A DNA stretch of 64,000 bases from the human T2T-CHM13v2.0 reference genome, Homo sapiens, in the NCBI RefSeq assembly GCF_009914755.1, contig NC_060944.1; one strand, written 5' to 3'. The notes under the pieces are model-generated. The model saw only the letters and a program-made list of their open reading frames with translations. It was not told the DNA's origin and did no database searches. Below, in pieces: positions 1 through 15,090 of this stretch. Numbering within the stretch: the first letter of the stretch is position 1; each line of letters opens with the position of its first letter. Made by a program: the position numbers and the translations under genes.

Positions 1-255
1 CTGTCACCCCTTTCTTTGACTAGGAAAAGGAACTCCCTGACCCCTTGCGCTTCCCGAGTGAGGCAATGCCTCGCACTGCTTCGGCTTGCGCACGGTGCGC
101 TGCACCCACTGACCTGCGCCCACTGTCTGGCACTCCCTAGTGAGATGAACCCGGTACCTCAGATGGAAATGCAGAAATCACCCGTCCTCTTCATCGCTCA
201 CGCTAGGAGCTGTAGAACGGAGCTGTTCCTATTCAGCCATCTTGGCTCCTCCTCC
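1..255 (-). mobile_element. 5' UTR end of a young L1PA element (continues off the left edge)
   Basis: Reverse complement starts GGAGGAGGAGCCAAGATGGCTGAATAGGAACAGCTCC, the L1PA 5' terminus. Confidence 0.9.
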
Positions 256-627
256 TGTTTGTTTTTTCTTATAAATTTAAGTTCCTTGTAGACTCTGGAT
301 ACTAGACGTTTGTCAGGTGGATAGATTGCAAACATTTTCTCCCATTTTGTAGGTTGTCTGTTCACTCTGATGATAGTCTATTTTGCTGTACAGAAGCTCT
401 TTAGTTTAATTAGATGCCATTTGTCAATTTTTGCTTTTGTTGCAATTGCTTTTGGTGATTTTGTCATGAAATCTTTGCCAATGCCTATGTCCTGAATGGT
501 ATTGCCCAGATTTTCTTCTAGAGTTTTTATAGTCTGGAGTTTTACAGTTAAGCCTTTAATCCATCTTGAGTTAATTTTTGTATAAGGCATAAGGAAGAGG
601 CCCAGTTTCAATTTTCTGCATATGGCA
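256..627 (-). mobile_element. Older L1 ORF2 3' fragment
   Basis: Minus [36 protein letters not shown] resembles the L1 ORF2p C-terminus. Confidence 0.85.
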
Positions 628-873
628 AATAGTAGCAAAAAGAGCTGTGATTATTATATTAAAGTCAAACAAAATACACATTGTGTCAAATATTGTTAAA
701 AGAAACAAAAAACATGATTATATATCGATAAAAGGGTCAATTCATCAAAAAGATATAAAAATTATAAACATATACACACCAAGCAATAGAGCTTCAAAAT
801 ATATGAAGCAAACACCACAGGATTGAAGGGAGACGAAGCACTACAAAATAGTTGGAGAGTTCAATATCCCACC

Positions 874-1622
874 ATGGCATCATAAGAAATATATTTGGTC
901 TTTGTCCCCAGTTCCTGGCACAAGGTTCCTAAAACTCTTGGAATTTCCTGAGTGATGGGTGTGTCTTTTGATATTCATAAGAAGCCCCTTTCGATTCCAC
1001 CTCAGTTTCTGCTAATGAGGTTACTTGGAGTGGGGCCCCTAGGTAGCCTCAGGATGGAGCTGGTCACCAGAAAGGTCAAGTGATTAGAGGTCTGGAAATT
1101 TTAGACCCACCCACTCTCCTCCAGGAAGTTAAAGAAGGAAGGAGTTGAAGCTCTATAAAAACTCTTAAACAATAAGATTTGATGAGCTTCTGAATTGGTG
1201 AACACATCCATGTGCCAGGAGGGTGGCACACACAACTCACAAGGACAGAAATTCCTGTGCTTGGGACCCTTCTGAAGCTCACCCTATTTACTTCATCTGG
1301 CTATTCATTTGTATCCTTTATAATAAACTGATAAACCTTAAGTAAAGTGTTTCCTGAGTTCTGTGAGCTGTTTCAGCAAATTATCAAACTTTCAGATGGG
1401 ATTGTGGGAGCCCCTGATTTATAGCCAGTAGATCAAAAGTGCAGGAGGCCCAAGACTTGCAACTGGCACCTGAAGTTGGGAGTAGTCTTGTGAAATCAAG
1501 CCTATAAGCTGTGGGGTCTGCACTAACTTCAAGTAGTTAGTGTCAGAATTAAATTAAATTTTGGAACACCCAGTTGGTGTCCAGAGATAGGAGAATTGGT
1601 TGTTGGTGTTGGAAAGCATTCC
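874..1622 (+). mobile_element. Solo LTR, MER21-like
   Basis: Begins ATAAGAAATATATTTGGTCTTTGTCCCCAGTTCCTGGCACA..CTAAAACTCTTGGAATTTCCTGAGTGAT, which I recognise as MER21; internal AATAAA near 1322. Confidence 0.7.
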
Positions 1623-1977
1623 AGGCCCTCTTTCAATAATGAATAGAACATGTAGACAGAAAAATCAATAAGGAAATAGGGTACTAAACAACACTATAAA
1701 CCTAAGACAGACCTAAGACAAGAAGAGAATGCATATTCTTCTCAAGCACATATGGAACATACTCCAGGATAAACTACATGTTAGGCCACAAAACAAGCCT
1801 AAATACATTTTAAAAGATTGAAATTATACAAACTATCTTCTCCAGCCACAATGGAACAAAGCTAGAAATCAATAAGAGAAGGAAAACTGGAAAATTCTCA
1901 AAAATGTGAAATTAATACACTCTAAAACAACCAATGAGTCAAAGAATAAATCACAACGGAAATTAGAAAATAATTTG

Positions 1978-2150
1978 AGCCAGGCATGTTGACTCATGCC
2001 TGTAATCCCAGCACTTTGGGAGGCTGAGGTGGGTGGATCACTTGAGCCCAGGAATTCAAGACCAGCCTGGCAACATAAAAAGACCCTGTCTCTACAAAAA
2101 ACTAACTAACTGGGCATGGTGGTATGCACCTGTAGTCCCAACTACTTAGA
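1978..2150 (+). mobile_element. Partial Alu (left arm and start of right arm)
   Basis: GCCTGTAATCCCAGCACTTTGGGAGG motif. Confidence 0.85.
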
Positions 2151-2278
2151 AAAAAAACTTTCGGATGAATGAAAATGAAAACACAAAACACAACATCCAA
2201 AAACTTATGAGATGCAGTAAAAGTAGTTCTCAGGGTAGAAAATCTATAACTGTAAATACTTACATTAAAAAAGAGCAC

Positions 2279-2581
2279 GGCCAGGCGCAGTGGCTCACGC
2301 CTGTAATCCCAGCACTTTGGGAGGCCGAGGCAGGCAGATCACGAGGTCAGGAGATCGAGACCATCCTGGCTAACACAGTGAAACCCCACCTCTACTAAAA
2401 ATACAAAAATTAACTGGGCATGGTGGTATGAGCCTTGTAGTCCCAGCTACTCAGGAGTCTGAGGCAGGAGAATCGCTTGAACCCAGGAGGCAGAGGTTGC
2501 AGTGAGCCAAGATCGCGCCACTGCACTCCAGCCTAGGCGACAGAGCAAGACTCCGTCTCAAAAAAAAAAAAAAAAAAAAAA
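2279..2581 (+). mobile_element. Alu
   Basis: Full dimeric Alu with poly-A tail. Confidence 0.95.
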
Positions 2582-3654
2582 GATCTCAAATCTGCAACCT
2601 AACTTTACATCATACGAAACTAGAAAGAGAAGAACAAATACACCCAAAGCTAGCAGAAGGAAGGAAATAATAAACATGTGAGCACAGAAAAATGGAATAG
2701 GAAATAGAAAACCAATAAAAAGAATCAACAAGACCAAAGCTTGGTTTTTTTAAAAGATCAATAAAATTGAAAATCTTTAGCTAGATTGACTAAGAAGAAA
2801 AGAGAAAAGACACAAATAACTAATATCAGAAATTAGAGTGGGACATCACCACCAACCTTACAGAACTAAAAAAATTATAAGAGAATACTATGAACAATTT
2901 TACACCAACAAATTAGATAACCTTGGATGAAATGGACAAATTCCTAGAAACTCACAAATCACCAAAACTGACTTGAGAAGGAATAGAAAATATTAACAGA
3001 CCTATAACAAATAAAGAGATAGAATCAGTAATTTTTGAAAAATACACATGACTCTCTTCAACAAAAAGAATGCCTAGGGCTAGATGACTTCACTGATAAA
3101 ATCTATACCAAACATTTTTTTATTAACACCAATCCTTCTCAAAGTTTTCCAATCTTAACTGATACAGAAAAAGCATTTCACAAAATTCACCACCCTTCTA
3201 TAATTAAAAAAAATTCAGAAAACTAGGAAATAAAGGACTTCCTTAACATGATTAAAGGTACCTATAAAAAACTATATACAATGATCATTATACTCAATTG
3301 CAAAAGATCAAAATCTTTCTCCCAAGATCAGAAATAAGACAAGGATGCATCTTTCACCACTGCTAGTCAACATTGTAATGGAGTTCTAACCAAAGCAATC
3401 AAGTAATAAAAAGAAATAAAAGTCATCCAAATTGGGAAGAAAGTAAAACTATCTCAGCTGTTTTTGTAAACACCAGCAATGAGCAATCCAAAAAGGAAAT
3501 TAAGGAAACAATTTGATTTACAACAGGCTATGAAAGGATAAAATACCTAGAAATAAATTTAACCATGGAGGTAAAAGACTTGTATACCACAAAATACAGA
3601 ACATTGCTGAAAGAAATTATAGAAGACCTCAAGAAATAGAAAGACATCCCATCA

Positions 3655-4349
<695 letters not shown>

Positions 4350-4910
4350 TGATCCTCGAGTTCATACAAAACTGCCTTTTCATTGTTGTACTTTGTAGGG
4401 TCTCCCATTTCCCCCATTTTGTGCGTTCTGAGTGAAAAACAGAGAGTGCCTTGTTGGCTGTGTGACCCAGCCAGTTGCATGTTTTTCCCAGCAAGGCTGA
4501 ACCGAAGCCAAGGCTTTGGATAGCCAAAGCAGTCTTCAAAAAGTAGAATTCACACTTCCTGATTCAAAAATAAGCCAATGATTTAAATATAAAAGCTACA
4601 GAATTCTTAGAAGAAATGTAGAAGTAAATCTTCATGACTATGGATTGGGCAATGGATTCTTAGAAAAGACACCAAAAGCACAGTAACAAAAGAAAAAAAA
4701 ATCGGACTTCATCAAAGTTAAAAATTTTTGTGCCTCAAATGACTATCAAAAAAGTGAAAAGACAGCCTATGGAATGGGAGAAAATATTTGAAAAAATCAT
4801 CTATCTGGTGAGTATCCAGAATATATTAAAGAACTCTTATGACTCAAGAAGAAAAAAAAAAAAAACCCCAATTACAAAATGGGCAAAGGACTTGAATATA
4901 CATTTCTTCA

Positions 4911-5496
<586 letters not shown>

Positions 5497-5910
5497 TCAA
5501 AAAAGTAAACATACAAAGTTAAACATATGACCCAGCAGTTCTACTCCCAAATATTTACCCAAATGAGTTAAAAATATATACTCAAAAAAATATTCATCTA
5601 CAAATGTTCATAGCTGCATTATTTGCAATTGCCAAAGCAAGGAAACAGCTGAAATGTCCATCAACAGATGAATGGATAAACAATTGTGATATATATATAT
5701 ACAATGGAGTATTATTCACCCATAAAATGGAATGAAGTACTGGTGCATGCTACATAGTAAATGAACCTCAAAAACTACAGAAATAACATTTCCTACCCAA
5801 TTGTTTTGGAAAAAATTCAAAAGCATGACAACACGTTCTGTTAGTGAGACTGTAGGAAACGTGCACAGTCACATTGTTGGTGGCATTACAAAAAGGTATA
5901 ATCTTTATGA

Positions 5911-6250
<340 letters not shown>

Positions 6251-7753
6251 GTGCATTTATCCTTTTAACCAATGATCACACTTTTAGAAATTTACTGATA
6301 TTATACCTCCAACAATACAGAAAATTATGCATAATTGTTCATTGCAGCATTATTTATAATAGCAAAATCTTGGAAACTACCTAAATGCCCAAATATAGGA
6401 GACTGGCTATATGACTAAGGTGTATGTCAAATGCAGCTGTAATAGAGGAAAAATTGTTATGAACTACTGGAGAGCAGTTTTCAGGATATATTGTTAAATG
6501 AAAACAACAAGGTGCAAATGGGTATATTCGTGCAAGAAAAACAGAGTTGAGAGTTCAAGTAACTAATTATCTTAAATCAAGAATTTATAGAGAATTGATA
6601 AAGAAGGGCTGCTACTCAGCACATCCTATGAAGTCAGCATAAACTTGCTATGAAACCAAGCAAGGACAATATGAGAAAGACAAGTTACAGGCCCAGTTCA
6701 TTATGAACATAGATGTAAAATACCTTAAAAATAGCAAACTAAACCAAACAATATAAAAATGATAATATTCAATGATCACCTTATATTACCATAGAAATGG
6801 CTTAATGTTTGAAAATCTGAATGTTCACTGCATTAACAGATTAAAGGATATAAAAATGTTATCATCTCAATATACATAGAAAAAAGCAATACATATAATC
6901 TGACATAAACTAATTTAAAATTTCTTGTTAGGAATGAAAGAAAAATTTCTAAACCTGATAGAGGGTACTTATGAGAAACCTAAAGTGGAGACAATTCTAA
7001 AAGGGGAAACAAGAAGTTTTCATTTTAAATCAGGTATCAGACAAAAATACACACTATCACCACTTACATATGATGTACTCAAGGGCCTAGCGAGCACAGT
7101 GAGGCATTAAAAATGGCATAAAGTTTGAAGAAGAAAACTATAACTGCTTATTTGCCTATGATAAACACTGAAGAGAACACACAAAGAAACCATAATAAAC
7201 AATGGGAGAATTTAGCAAGCTAACTAGTTACAAATTTGTGGAAAGAAGAAAAGATCCAAGCTTTAAAGAGAGGAAAGCAAGTTTGAAATAGTATTTGTAG
7301 AAAGTGGGAACACTGGCTTACTGAAGAAACTTAGTAAGATTGCCAGACCCTTTTTGGTTTGGTGATGGTGCATCTATTGTGCTGTTTAGTAGCCCAGTTG
7401 AGTTATTTTCCCCCAGCAACAATTATCTGCCTAGGTTCAAGCTTCAATGAAATTGATGGTTGGATTCATTCAGGGTTGCAGTTTTTGTAGGTAGATTCAA
7501 GCAAGGAGATTTAAATGACAGGTTCTGAGTCCTACATTGATAGAAAGAAAAGTAAACGCCTATAGGGGAGGACTACGAAATAGGGAAGTGAAGAGTCAAT
7601 GTTTATTGGTTTCAGTGAGGTCAAATAATTGTCATGGTGGAGATTTTTGAGCAAACTGGAAAGTTAACTTCTCTACATTAGCAGTAAACAAAAGGAATTA
7701 GTTGAAAAGTTATGATAACATTTACAATTTCCTTTTAAAAACTTCAAGCCTCA

Positions 7754-8119
<366 letters not shown>

Positions 8120-8397
8120 TTAAGGGACATGAATAAGATCTAGATACAGATGAAAGAGATAGCAAGGTCAAGATTAGGGGAATAAAGGAGGATATGAAAA
8201 CACTACGTGACCCTGGAGTGGGTGTGATTGGGAGGTGCTTGGATTCCTGCCCTGCCGGTTTTGATTGGAGTACACGGTGAAAGGCTAGTCACACTGGGCC
8301 TCCACTTTGCCCTCTTTCCTTCTCTTCTCCTCACAGCAGTGCCTGGTCAAACCCAGCAACCCTTGGCCAGAACTTACTCACCCATCCCACTGACACC

Positions 8398-8485
8398 ATG
8401 AAGCCTGTGCTGCCTCTCCAGTTCCTGGTGGTGTTCTGCCTAGCACTGCAGCTGGTGCCTGGGAGTCCCAAGCAGCGTGTTCTGA
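8398..8485 (+). CDS. WFDC13: WFDC13 coding exon 1 (signal peptide MKPVLPLQFLVVFCLALQLVPGSPKQRVL)
   Basis: ACCATGA Kozak context, hydrophobic signal peptide, phase-1 donor A|GTAGGT at 8485/8486; joins exon 2 in frame. Confidence 0.95.
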
Positions 8486-10717
8486 GTAGGTGCTGGATCT
8501 GGGCCCAAGGAGGGAAGTAACATGTGTGGATAGGAGAGGATCTGAGGGCTGACAGTCTGTCACACCTCTTGGAAAAATACCGTGTCATGTTCAAGGGCCC
8601 AAGCTTTATTGTTGGCAAGATCTAGGTTTGAATCCCTGCTCTGTTGCTGAGTGACCTTGGGCATAGTATCTGGGCCTCAGGTTTTTATCCTTATAATGAA
8701 TACAGGAGGAGAACAGATAATGCATGCAGACATAGCTCACTCTTACTAAACCATGGTAAATGCTCAGTAATATTAAATGCTGTAAATGTGATCAGCCTCA
8801 TCATCCAGCTTAGTCTTGCTGCCCGTGGCTCCTTCATGGATGCTTGGACTCACTTTTCAAGCAATAAAACAGAGAGACAACGAAGTTGGTAGAACTCAAG
8901 CTAGAATCTACATAACCTTGGCCTTGGAGGATGTTTTGGGAAGGAGGGAAAGGAAGTCTTGCCTTTTATTCCACATTTTCAAACTCCAGAGGTACTGTAC
9001 AATTACCGGTAATTAGCATCAATGGGACAGTGTAGAGTCCATCTCAGCAGCCACCACTGCCCAGCTCAACTCAAAAGAGCTCTGGCTCTAGTAATGTTGA
9101 CCTTAACCAATACCAAGTGGGAAAAGAACTGTTATTCATCATACATCCACTCTTCTATGGGGAAAACATCTTCAGAATACTGGCGGCTCAGAAGAGGGAT
9201 AAGTGTGGTAGCTCATGTGTCTGGGGAGGCTAGGTCCTGCTTAAGAAGTTTCAGAAAAGGCATGCAGGTTTGTAGGACTAAGAGGGACTAAGCAAGCTAC
9301 AAGAAAATAGGAGTGCCCAGGGTAGAGTTAATTGGAGAATCAGAATTTGAGGAAAGGCACAAAGAGGCTTTCTAAAAGACTGGTAAATGCTGTGAGTGAA
9401 GTTGGGACCAGATACCCAGAAGAGGGGTCAAGACTTGAAAAGGGTGACCTCTCTGAGATCTCTGGATCATGGTGTCTATCTCTAAACTGCTCTGTTGAGC
9501 CCCAAGCTCTTCAAAGTGTGGATTAGTTCCAATTTCTTGCAGTGCCCCAGTGAGCTATAGAATAGCTGAGAGGCCAGGGGTGAGTACTAGTTATTGGTCT
9601 CTGTTAAATTGTCAACAGCTTGAACCTCAGCTTCTTTTACCCCAATTCTGGTGCCATTTGCTACTACAGTTATAGTCATGACCTCTTTCTTCATTCATTC
9701 CTTTCAAATCATCATAATATCCTATAGATTTCCTTCTAATTGCAAATATTTGCAGAGGAATAGACCCACAATTCCTCTATTTGCAATAGAATGCCCCACT
9801 TTTGACTTTTGCCCCCAAAGAAAGGGAGAATCACAAGGTACAAAAATTAGGACCTGGAAGGGCTTGGGGAAAGGGATTAATGGGGCCCATCTTTAGAGTC
9901 CAGGAATAGAAAGGAGATTGTGGGTTGTGGACTTAGGGAAGACTCTCCCAGGGCAGGTAGGTCTTAGCTTTGAACTGAAATACTTGGGGGTAGGGGAGGA
10001 AATAGGAAGTCAACATAATGATGCTTATTCTTCTCTAACAGTAGAAAGTGGGGCATCCTGGTGCTCTGGCCTCCTGATCGAGAGACACCAAGGAAGAAAA
10101 AAGCTGAATCTTTGAACGCCATTCTGAAATCCCCACCCTTCTTACCATGAAAGAAGTCACTCCCAGAACTTACTTGTGAATTGGGTCCCAGCTCTCTGAT
10201 CCAGTACCTTCAGTTTAATGCATGGTCTTCATCCTTTACCAAAACTTACCTTTCACTCATTCTTCCTGTACACAAATAACCCATGTTAGGTTAACCCCAG
10301 GGTAAACTATGTTGTTAATGAGAAGCTCTACAACTTGCTCAAGACCACACAATGAATCAGTGCAGAACGAACATACAAACCTCTTTCTTGTTCACCACAT
10401 ACACCATTGATACCCTTGATATGGACACAACCATAGTCAATGGGGGCTTGGCATCTGAACTACAAGGATGGTGAATGACCAATGGGTGCAGGGTTCTACC
10501 AAACTCTGTTCTTGATCAAAAAATATCCATGCCCTGCTTCCCTGCTCAGAACTCAGAGGAAGGCAGCAGCTGAGGACAAAACCTGATGCCACCACCCTGG
10601 AACCATGCAAGGCAGATGAGGGTGGCAGGTTTCCTGGCAGTTCCCTGGGCTTTCTGAGTTCTGAACATTACTCCAGCCTGTTGGTGAGGCCCTTCTCTTA
10701 CTTGTTCTGTGTTCCAG

Positions 10718-10868
10718 AGTATATCTTGGAACCTCCACCCTGCATATCAGCACCTGAAAACTGTACTCACCTGTGTACAATGCAGGAAGATTGCGAGAAA
10801 GGATTTCAGTGCTGTTCCTCCTTCTGTGGGATAGTCTGTTCATCAGAAACATTTCAAAAGCGCAACAG
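10718..10868 (+). CDS. WFDC13: WFDC13 coding exon 2 (WAP four-disulfide core, 8 Cys)
   Basis: Acceptor TTCCAG|; encodes YILEPPPCISAPENCTHLCTMQEDCEKGFQCCSSFCGIVCSSETFQKRN; donor AG|GTAAGA. Confidence 0.96.
10771..10835 (-). CDS. WFDC10B: WFDC10B 5' exon 2 (65 nt), antisense and wholly inside WFDC13 exon 2
   Basis: Minus acceptor TTTCTGATGAACAG|, consensus donor CAG|GTGAGT; continues the exon-1 frame (R-LSHRRRNSTEILSRNLPALYT) and ends in phase 1. The name is recalled from the locus; the WAP exon is outside the window. Confidence 0.7.
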
Positions 10869-11191
10869 GTAAGAGATATCTCATATCCAGGTCTGATCCT
10901 AGAGCTGCTGGTGGGAGCCCAGCAGAAGAGTCCCTTACCAGCAACTGTGCTGGATCTCTCCTTTTTTTTTTTTTTCCTTGGTGGCCATGTTGCCAACATG
11001 CCCCTTCTCTTGACCAAGGATAATTTCCATAAAAGTCCTGATTAGAAAAGCCCTCCTCCCCTCCCAATCACCACATCCCATCACCATATCCGTGAATTTC
11101 TGACTCTGCCTCTCTGAACACACCCACAAATGCCTTTATCCACAGACCTTCCCCCGACCCAGAATCCACCCTTATCCCAGGGACACTGTAC

Positions 11192-11265
11192 CTGCAGGTG
11201 TAACCAAAATCCCAAAGCAAAATTTGTCCTACACTTTTGCTTGCCCTCCTTTCACAAGACACCAT
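11192..11265 (-). CDS. WFDC10B: WFDC10B 5' exon 1, coding part for a signal-less isoform (MVSCERRASKSVGQILLWDFGYTC)
   Basis: ATG at 11265, donor CAG|GTACAG at 11192/11191; 74+65=139 nt stop-free, ending in phase 1 as needed for a WAP exon. Confidence 0.6.
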
Positions 11266-11375
11266 CCTTTGGCCACCAGTGTTCTTGGGCTCTGGAGATC
11301 CAGCCCAAAGGAAGTTTTGATTAATTGTCCAGACATTAACACTAGCCGCAAGCCTGCTAAATGGAGTGTGCTCCC

Positions 11376-11454
11376 AGGGCAGAGAAAGGACATAGGGTGC
11401 TGATGAGACATATGGTTTCTAATCCCATCTTGCAACTATGTCTTTCTATGACCT
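11376..11454 (-). ncRNA. MIR3617: pre-miRNA hairpin MIR3617 (5p arm 11424-11445, 3p arm 11383-11405)
   Basis: Inverted repeat AGAAAGGACATAG..CTATGTCTTTCT forms a hairpin; minus strand contains AAAGACAUAGUUGCAAGAUGGG, which I recognise as miR-3617-5p. Confidence 0.88.
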
Positions 11455-12136
11455 TGAGTAAGACAATTCCCTCTTTTTTACTTTCTTTTTCTCATGAGTA
11501 AAATAAGTACTCTTGTTTTTTCCTGCTTTGCAAGGCCCATATGAAATTTCAAAAGACTCACAGTGGAAGACTCAACCAATGAGCCCTTTGAGGGAAGCCT
11601 GGCAGTCTTGTTCCCTGCTGTATTCCCTACCATGAGCAGAATACCCAGCATGAGATAATGTGCAGAGTGATTAAGCATGGGCTCAAAGCCAAACACCTGG
11701 GCTCAAATCCTGGCTTCTTAGCTAAGTGACCTTAAGTGATCTTAGACAAGCTAATTAACCTCTCTCTGGGCATCAACTTCCTCATCCTTAAGACTGGAAC
11801 AATAATAGTGAGGTTAAAATAGACAATCCATGTAAGCTTTAAAACATTACTTGCCAACATAATTGCTGTGAATTTTGGGGATTAGGCAACCACTTCTCTT
11901 TGAAGAGACTAGCCCTTGCAATTAAATTCCACATCTTTCAATGCTCTACATTGGAATGCAGAAGCATAAATATAACTCTTTGGTGTCATTGAGTTTTTTG
12001 AGGTTCTGCCTTCCCTATGGCAAGAGAAATGAGCTTCATGGTCTAATATTAATGGTGGAAGTAATTGAAAGAAAAATATATATCTCTAAAAGTAAAACTT
12101 CACTAGTTAATATTTGAAAATATTTTTCTTCTACAG

Positions 12137-12179
12137 AATCAAACACAAGGGCTCAGAAGTCATCATGCCTGCCAACTGA
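12137..12179 (+). CDS. WFDC13: WFDC13 coding exon 3 (IKHKGSEVIMPAN-stop); exon continues to 12201
   Basis: Acceptor TTTTTCTTCTACAG|; 88+151+43=282 nt = 93 aa plus TGA; donor GTAAGT at 12202, 22 nt after the stop. Confidence 0.93.
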
Positions 12180-12765
12180 GGCATATTTCCTAGATCATTT
12201 TGTAAGTACAGGGATTTGGTCTCGCCTTCCTCATGTGAGATTCCCAGGGATGCTCACTTTCTTCCTGTAGCCTCACCAGGGGCACTACATTCCCACAAGC
12301 TCAGAATGGCCTCTCATTACCTGATTGCCTCCTCCTCCATCATTCCCCTCCAAGGGCTATCTTTGCACTCCCTGGGGGAGGCACGGTGCAGTCCAGCATG
12401 AATTCTGCAACACAGAGCAATGTAAGGAACCAAGTCATGGCCCAGGGGGAACCCAGGGCACTCAGATCTGAGGCTTTGTCAAGGAACAAGCTCTTCTAGC
12501 CTCCGGGTTGACAGCACCCTGGGCAGGGACTCAAGCTGAGCCCTTCACGCTCTGAGACTTTGGTCTGCTCACTGTACCTCTCTGAGACAGTCACCTCCCT
12601 CATGTGAAATATGAAGAAAACATCCATGCCTTGGGGTATTGGGAGGACAACACAAGGCCATGTAGATGGAAGAACTTGGTCTCTGCAAAGGTAGAAACTG
12701 CCAGCAACTCACTTACAAGGTCACTCATTCAGGTTCCAGTTTTTTCTCTGAAAAAAGAGGGAGTG

Positions 12766-13096
<331 letters not shown>

Positions 13097-13679
13097 TCAA
13101 GAATGGTGAACAAAATGGAGTCCTGTGGAATTCCACCACCAAAAAAATGATAGTATTCATAAGTTGGTGGATTTCGTTTCAGAGTATTTGAAAGAAAAAG
13201 TTAGAAGTTTAGGGTCTTCTAATGGGCCTTCTGATGTCTCCAGATGTTCCAAATTAGAATGGTGGTCTTTCAGCTTAGTCCTTTTATTAACCCTGTACAA
13301 AGGAGCGTGATAAATAGTAGCAGGTGGAGGCCAGTGGAGCAGTTTAGACGCATGAGCACTTGCCCAGGCTCCGGTGAGCCCACCATGCTGCGGATGAGCT
13401 CCCACTCATGCTTCAAGGTTTCTATTAAATTAAACACTCCATAGAAACTTCACCAGTTCACTCCAGACAGAATTAGTCCCTCTCTTTGTCTTTTGTAGTG
13501 TCCTATCTTTGGCCTACCATAACCTAGTGACCCCTGATCCAGGGCAGGAAATACTGTTCAGAAAAATCTATAGACTCTTTTACTACCAGAAACTGACCAT
13601 ATGTGGTTCGAGTTGACCTGAGTGAGGCAGGTCTCTTACATACAGGTTGGCTATCACTGTTTTAATAATCTGAGTTTGA

Positions 13680-13880
13680 TCTATCCAATACTGTAGGCAC
13701 TGGTCACGAGAGGCTATTTAAATGTTAATTCATATGAATTACAATAAAATAAAATATTCAATCAGTTCCTTAGCCTTATTTTCCATTTCAAGTGTTTAAT
13801 AACCACATGTGGTTAGTAGCTACCATATTACACATTATAAATACAGAACACAGAAAGTTCTAATGGAAAGCATTGCTTTA
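13680..13880. mobile_element. MER3-like hAT-Charlie DNA transposon remnant
   Basis: TTTCAAGTGTTTAATAACCACATGTGGTTAGTAGCTACCATATT..ACAGAAAGTTCTAATGGA motif. Confidence 0.65.
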
Positions 13881-14131
13881 AGCTACATAAAGCTGATGTC
13901 TAAAAAATGATGGCTAATTAAAGGTGATCATGACAGAGGACACCCTCTATGACAGCCTCATGTTAGACTCCAGGAAAAGTTTTTGGGGGCTATTTCTTTA
14001 AGGAGTTCCTAAGCATAGCCTGACAACAGACAGTTCAATGACAGTAATTCTCTAGAGACCCAACATGATGTCCAAGGATGTTTAAAGAATCAAGAAGAAT
14101 AAATGGACTAATTATCTTTCCTTCCCCACAG

Positions 14132-15090
14132 GCCTCTACGATGTTTTTTCTTGGTCCACCTTTAGGAAGGTATTGAGAAGCAAGAAACTGGAGGCCCAAT
14201 ATCTAACCTGCAAATCGTTTTTGAGTTTGGCAATAAAGGCTAATCTACCATAAAACTCTTGAAGCTTAAGCTTTAGGTCAACACTTGCAAGAGCCCCTTC
14301 CAAAGCTCAGCACAGTTTCCTCCTGGGATGAGGAGAGGAATCAGAAACCCCACTTTGGCATAGAGACAAGCAGCACTGTTCCAGTCCAGGGATGCTGTGT
14401 GTGCCCTGGTGGTGGTCTTAAGGACCTACCACATCAACATCTGGACAACCCTCACTGATTACCTGCCCTTGGTTGCACTCATCAGGCTAATTGATCCCAT
14501 ATTTAACCTCAAGGAGAAATATCAACCAGACACTGCATGGCAACCTCCTTGGGGCCAGCCTTCAAGGCTTCATGGCCATATCATGAACCCAGGACAGGCA
14601 CAGTGGGGGTGGTGAGGACCTGATAGAGTTGGATCAGTGACTAAGAGGCTGCAATAAGGTGCCATGAAATCAAAATCAAAGGGCTAGAACTCTCCAAGGT
14701 CTTGCCCCCGGCATGTAGCACCACCTGAGCCAGAAACTGCAGAGGACATGACAGTGTGGCATTACTGATAAGTTATGGAAATGGAAATAATCTTTCCTAA
14801 ACTACCAATAATAACTTTAAATTTTTGATCAACCATGCTAGAGCAAAGATTGAATTATCCTTCTGTTCTCTCTACAGAAATGATATAAAAACTATAGTCA
14901 TAAGAAGAGACAATCAAAAATAATCAGCCATAAAATATTAAAAAGGTATTATAAAGGTATTTAAAATAATAATAATAAAGTGTTATTTTCCTGGGATTCA
15001 TGATATTTGATATATTCGTAAGCTTTTGTTAAGTTTGTAATTTGTTGCAATTTCTTTTTCATTTCAAATAAATATTCACTTACGTGTCTA
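14132..15090 (+). other. WFDC13: Probable non-coding last exon (3' UTR) of WFDC13; 3' end uncertain
   Basis: Acceptor CTTTCCTTCCCCACAG| at 14131; AATAAA at 14232-14237, further AATAAA near 14974 and 15067. Confidence 0.65.

Noticed and set aside
10553-11017. 154-aa minus-strand ORF as a single-exon gene
   Set aside because: Only 10771-10835 has splice support; the rest includes a poly-A-derived Lys run and no recognisable domain
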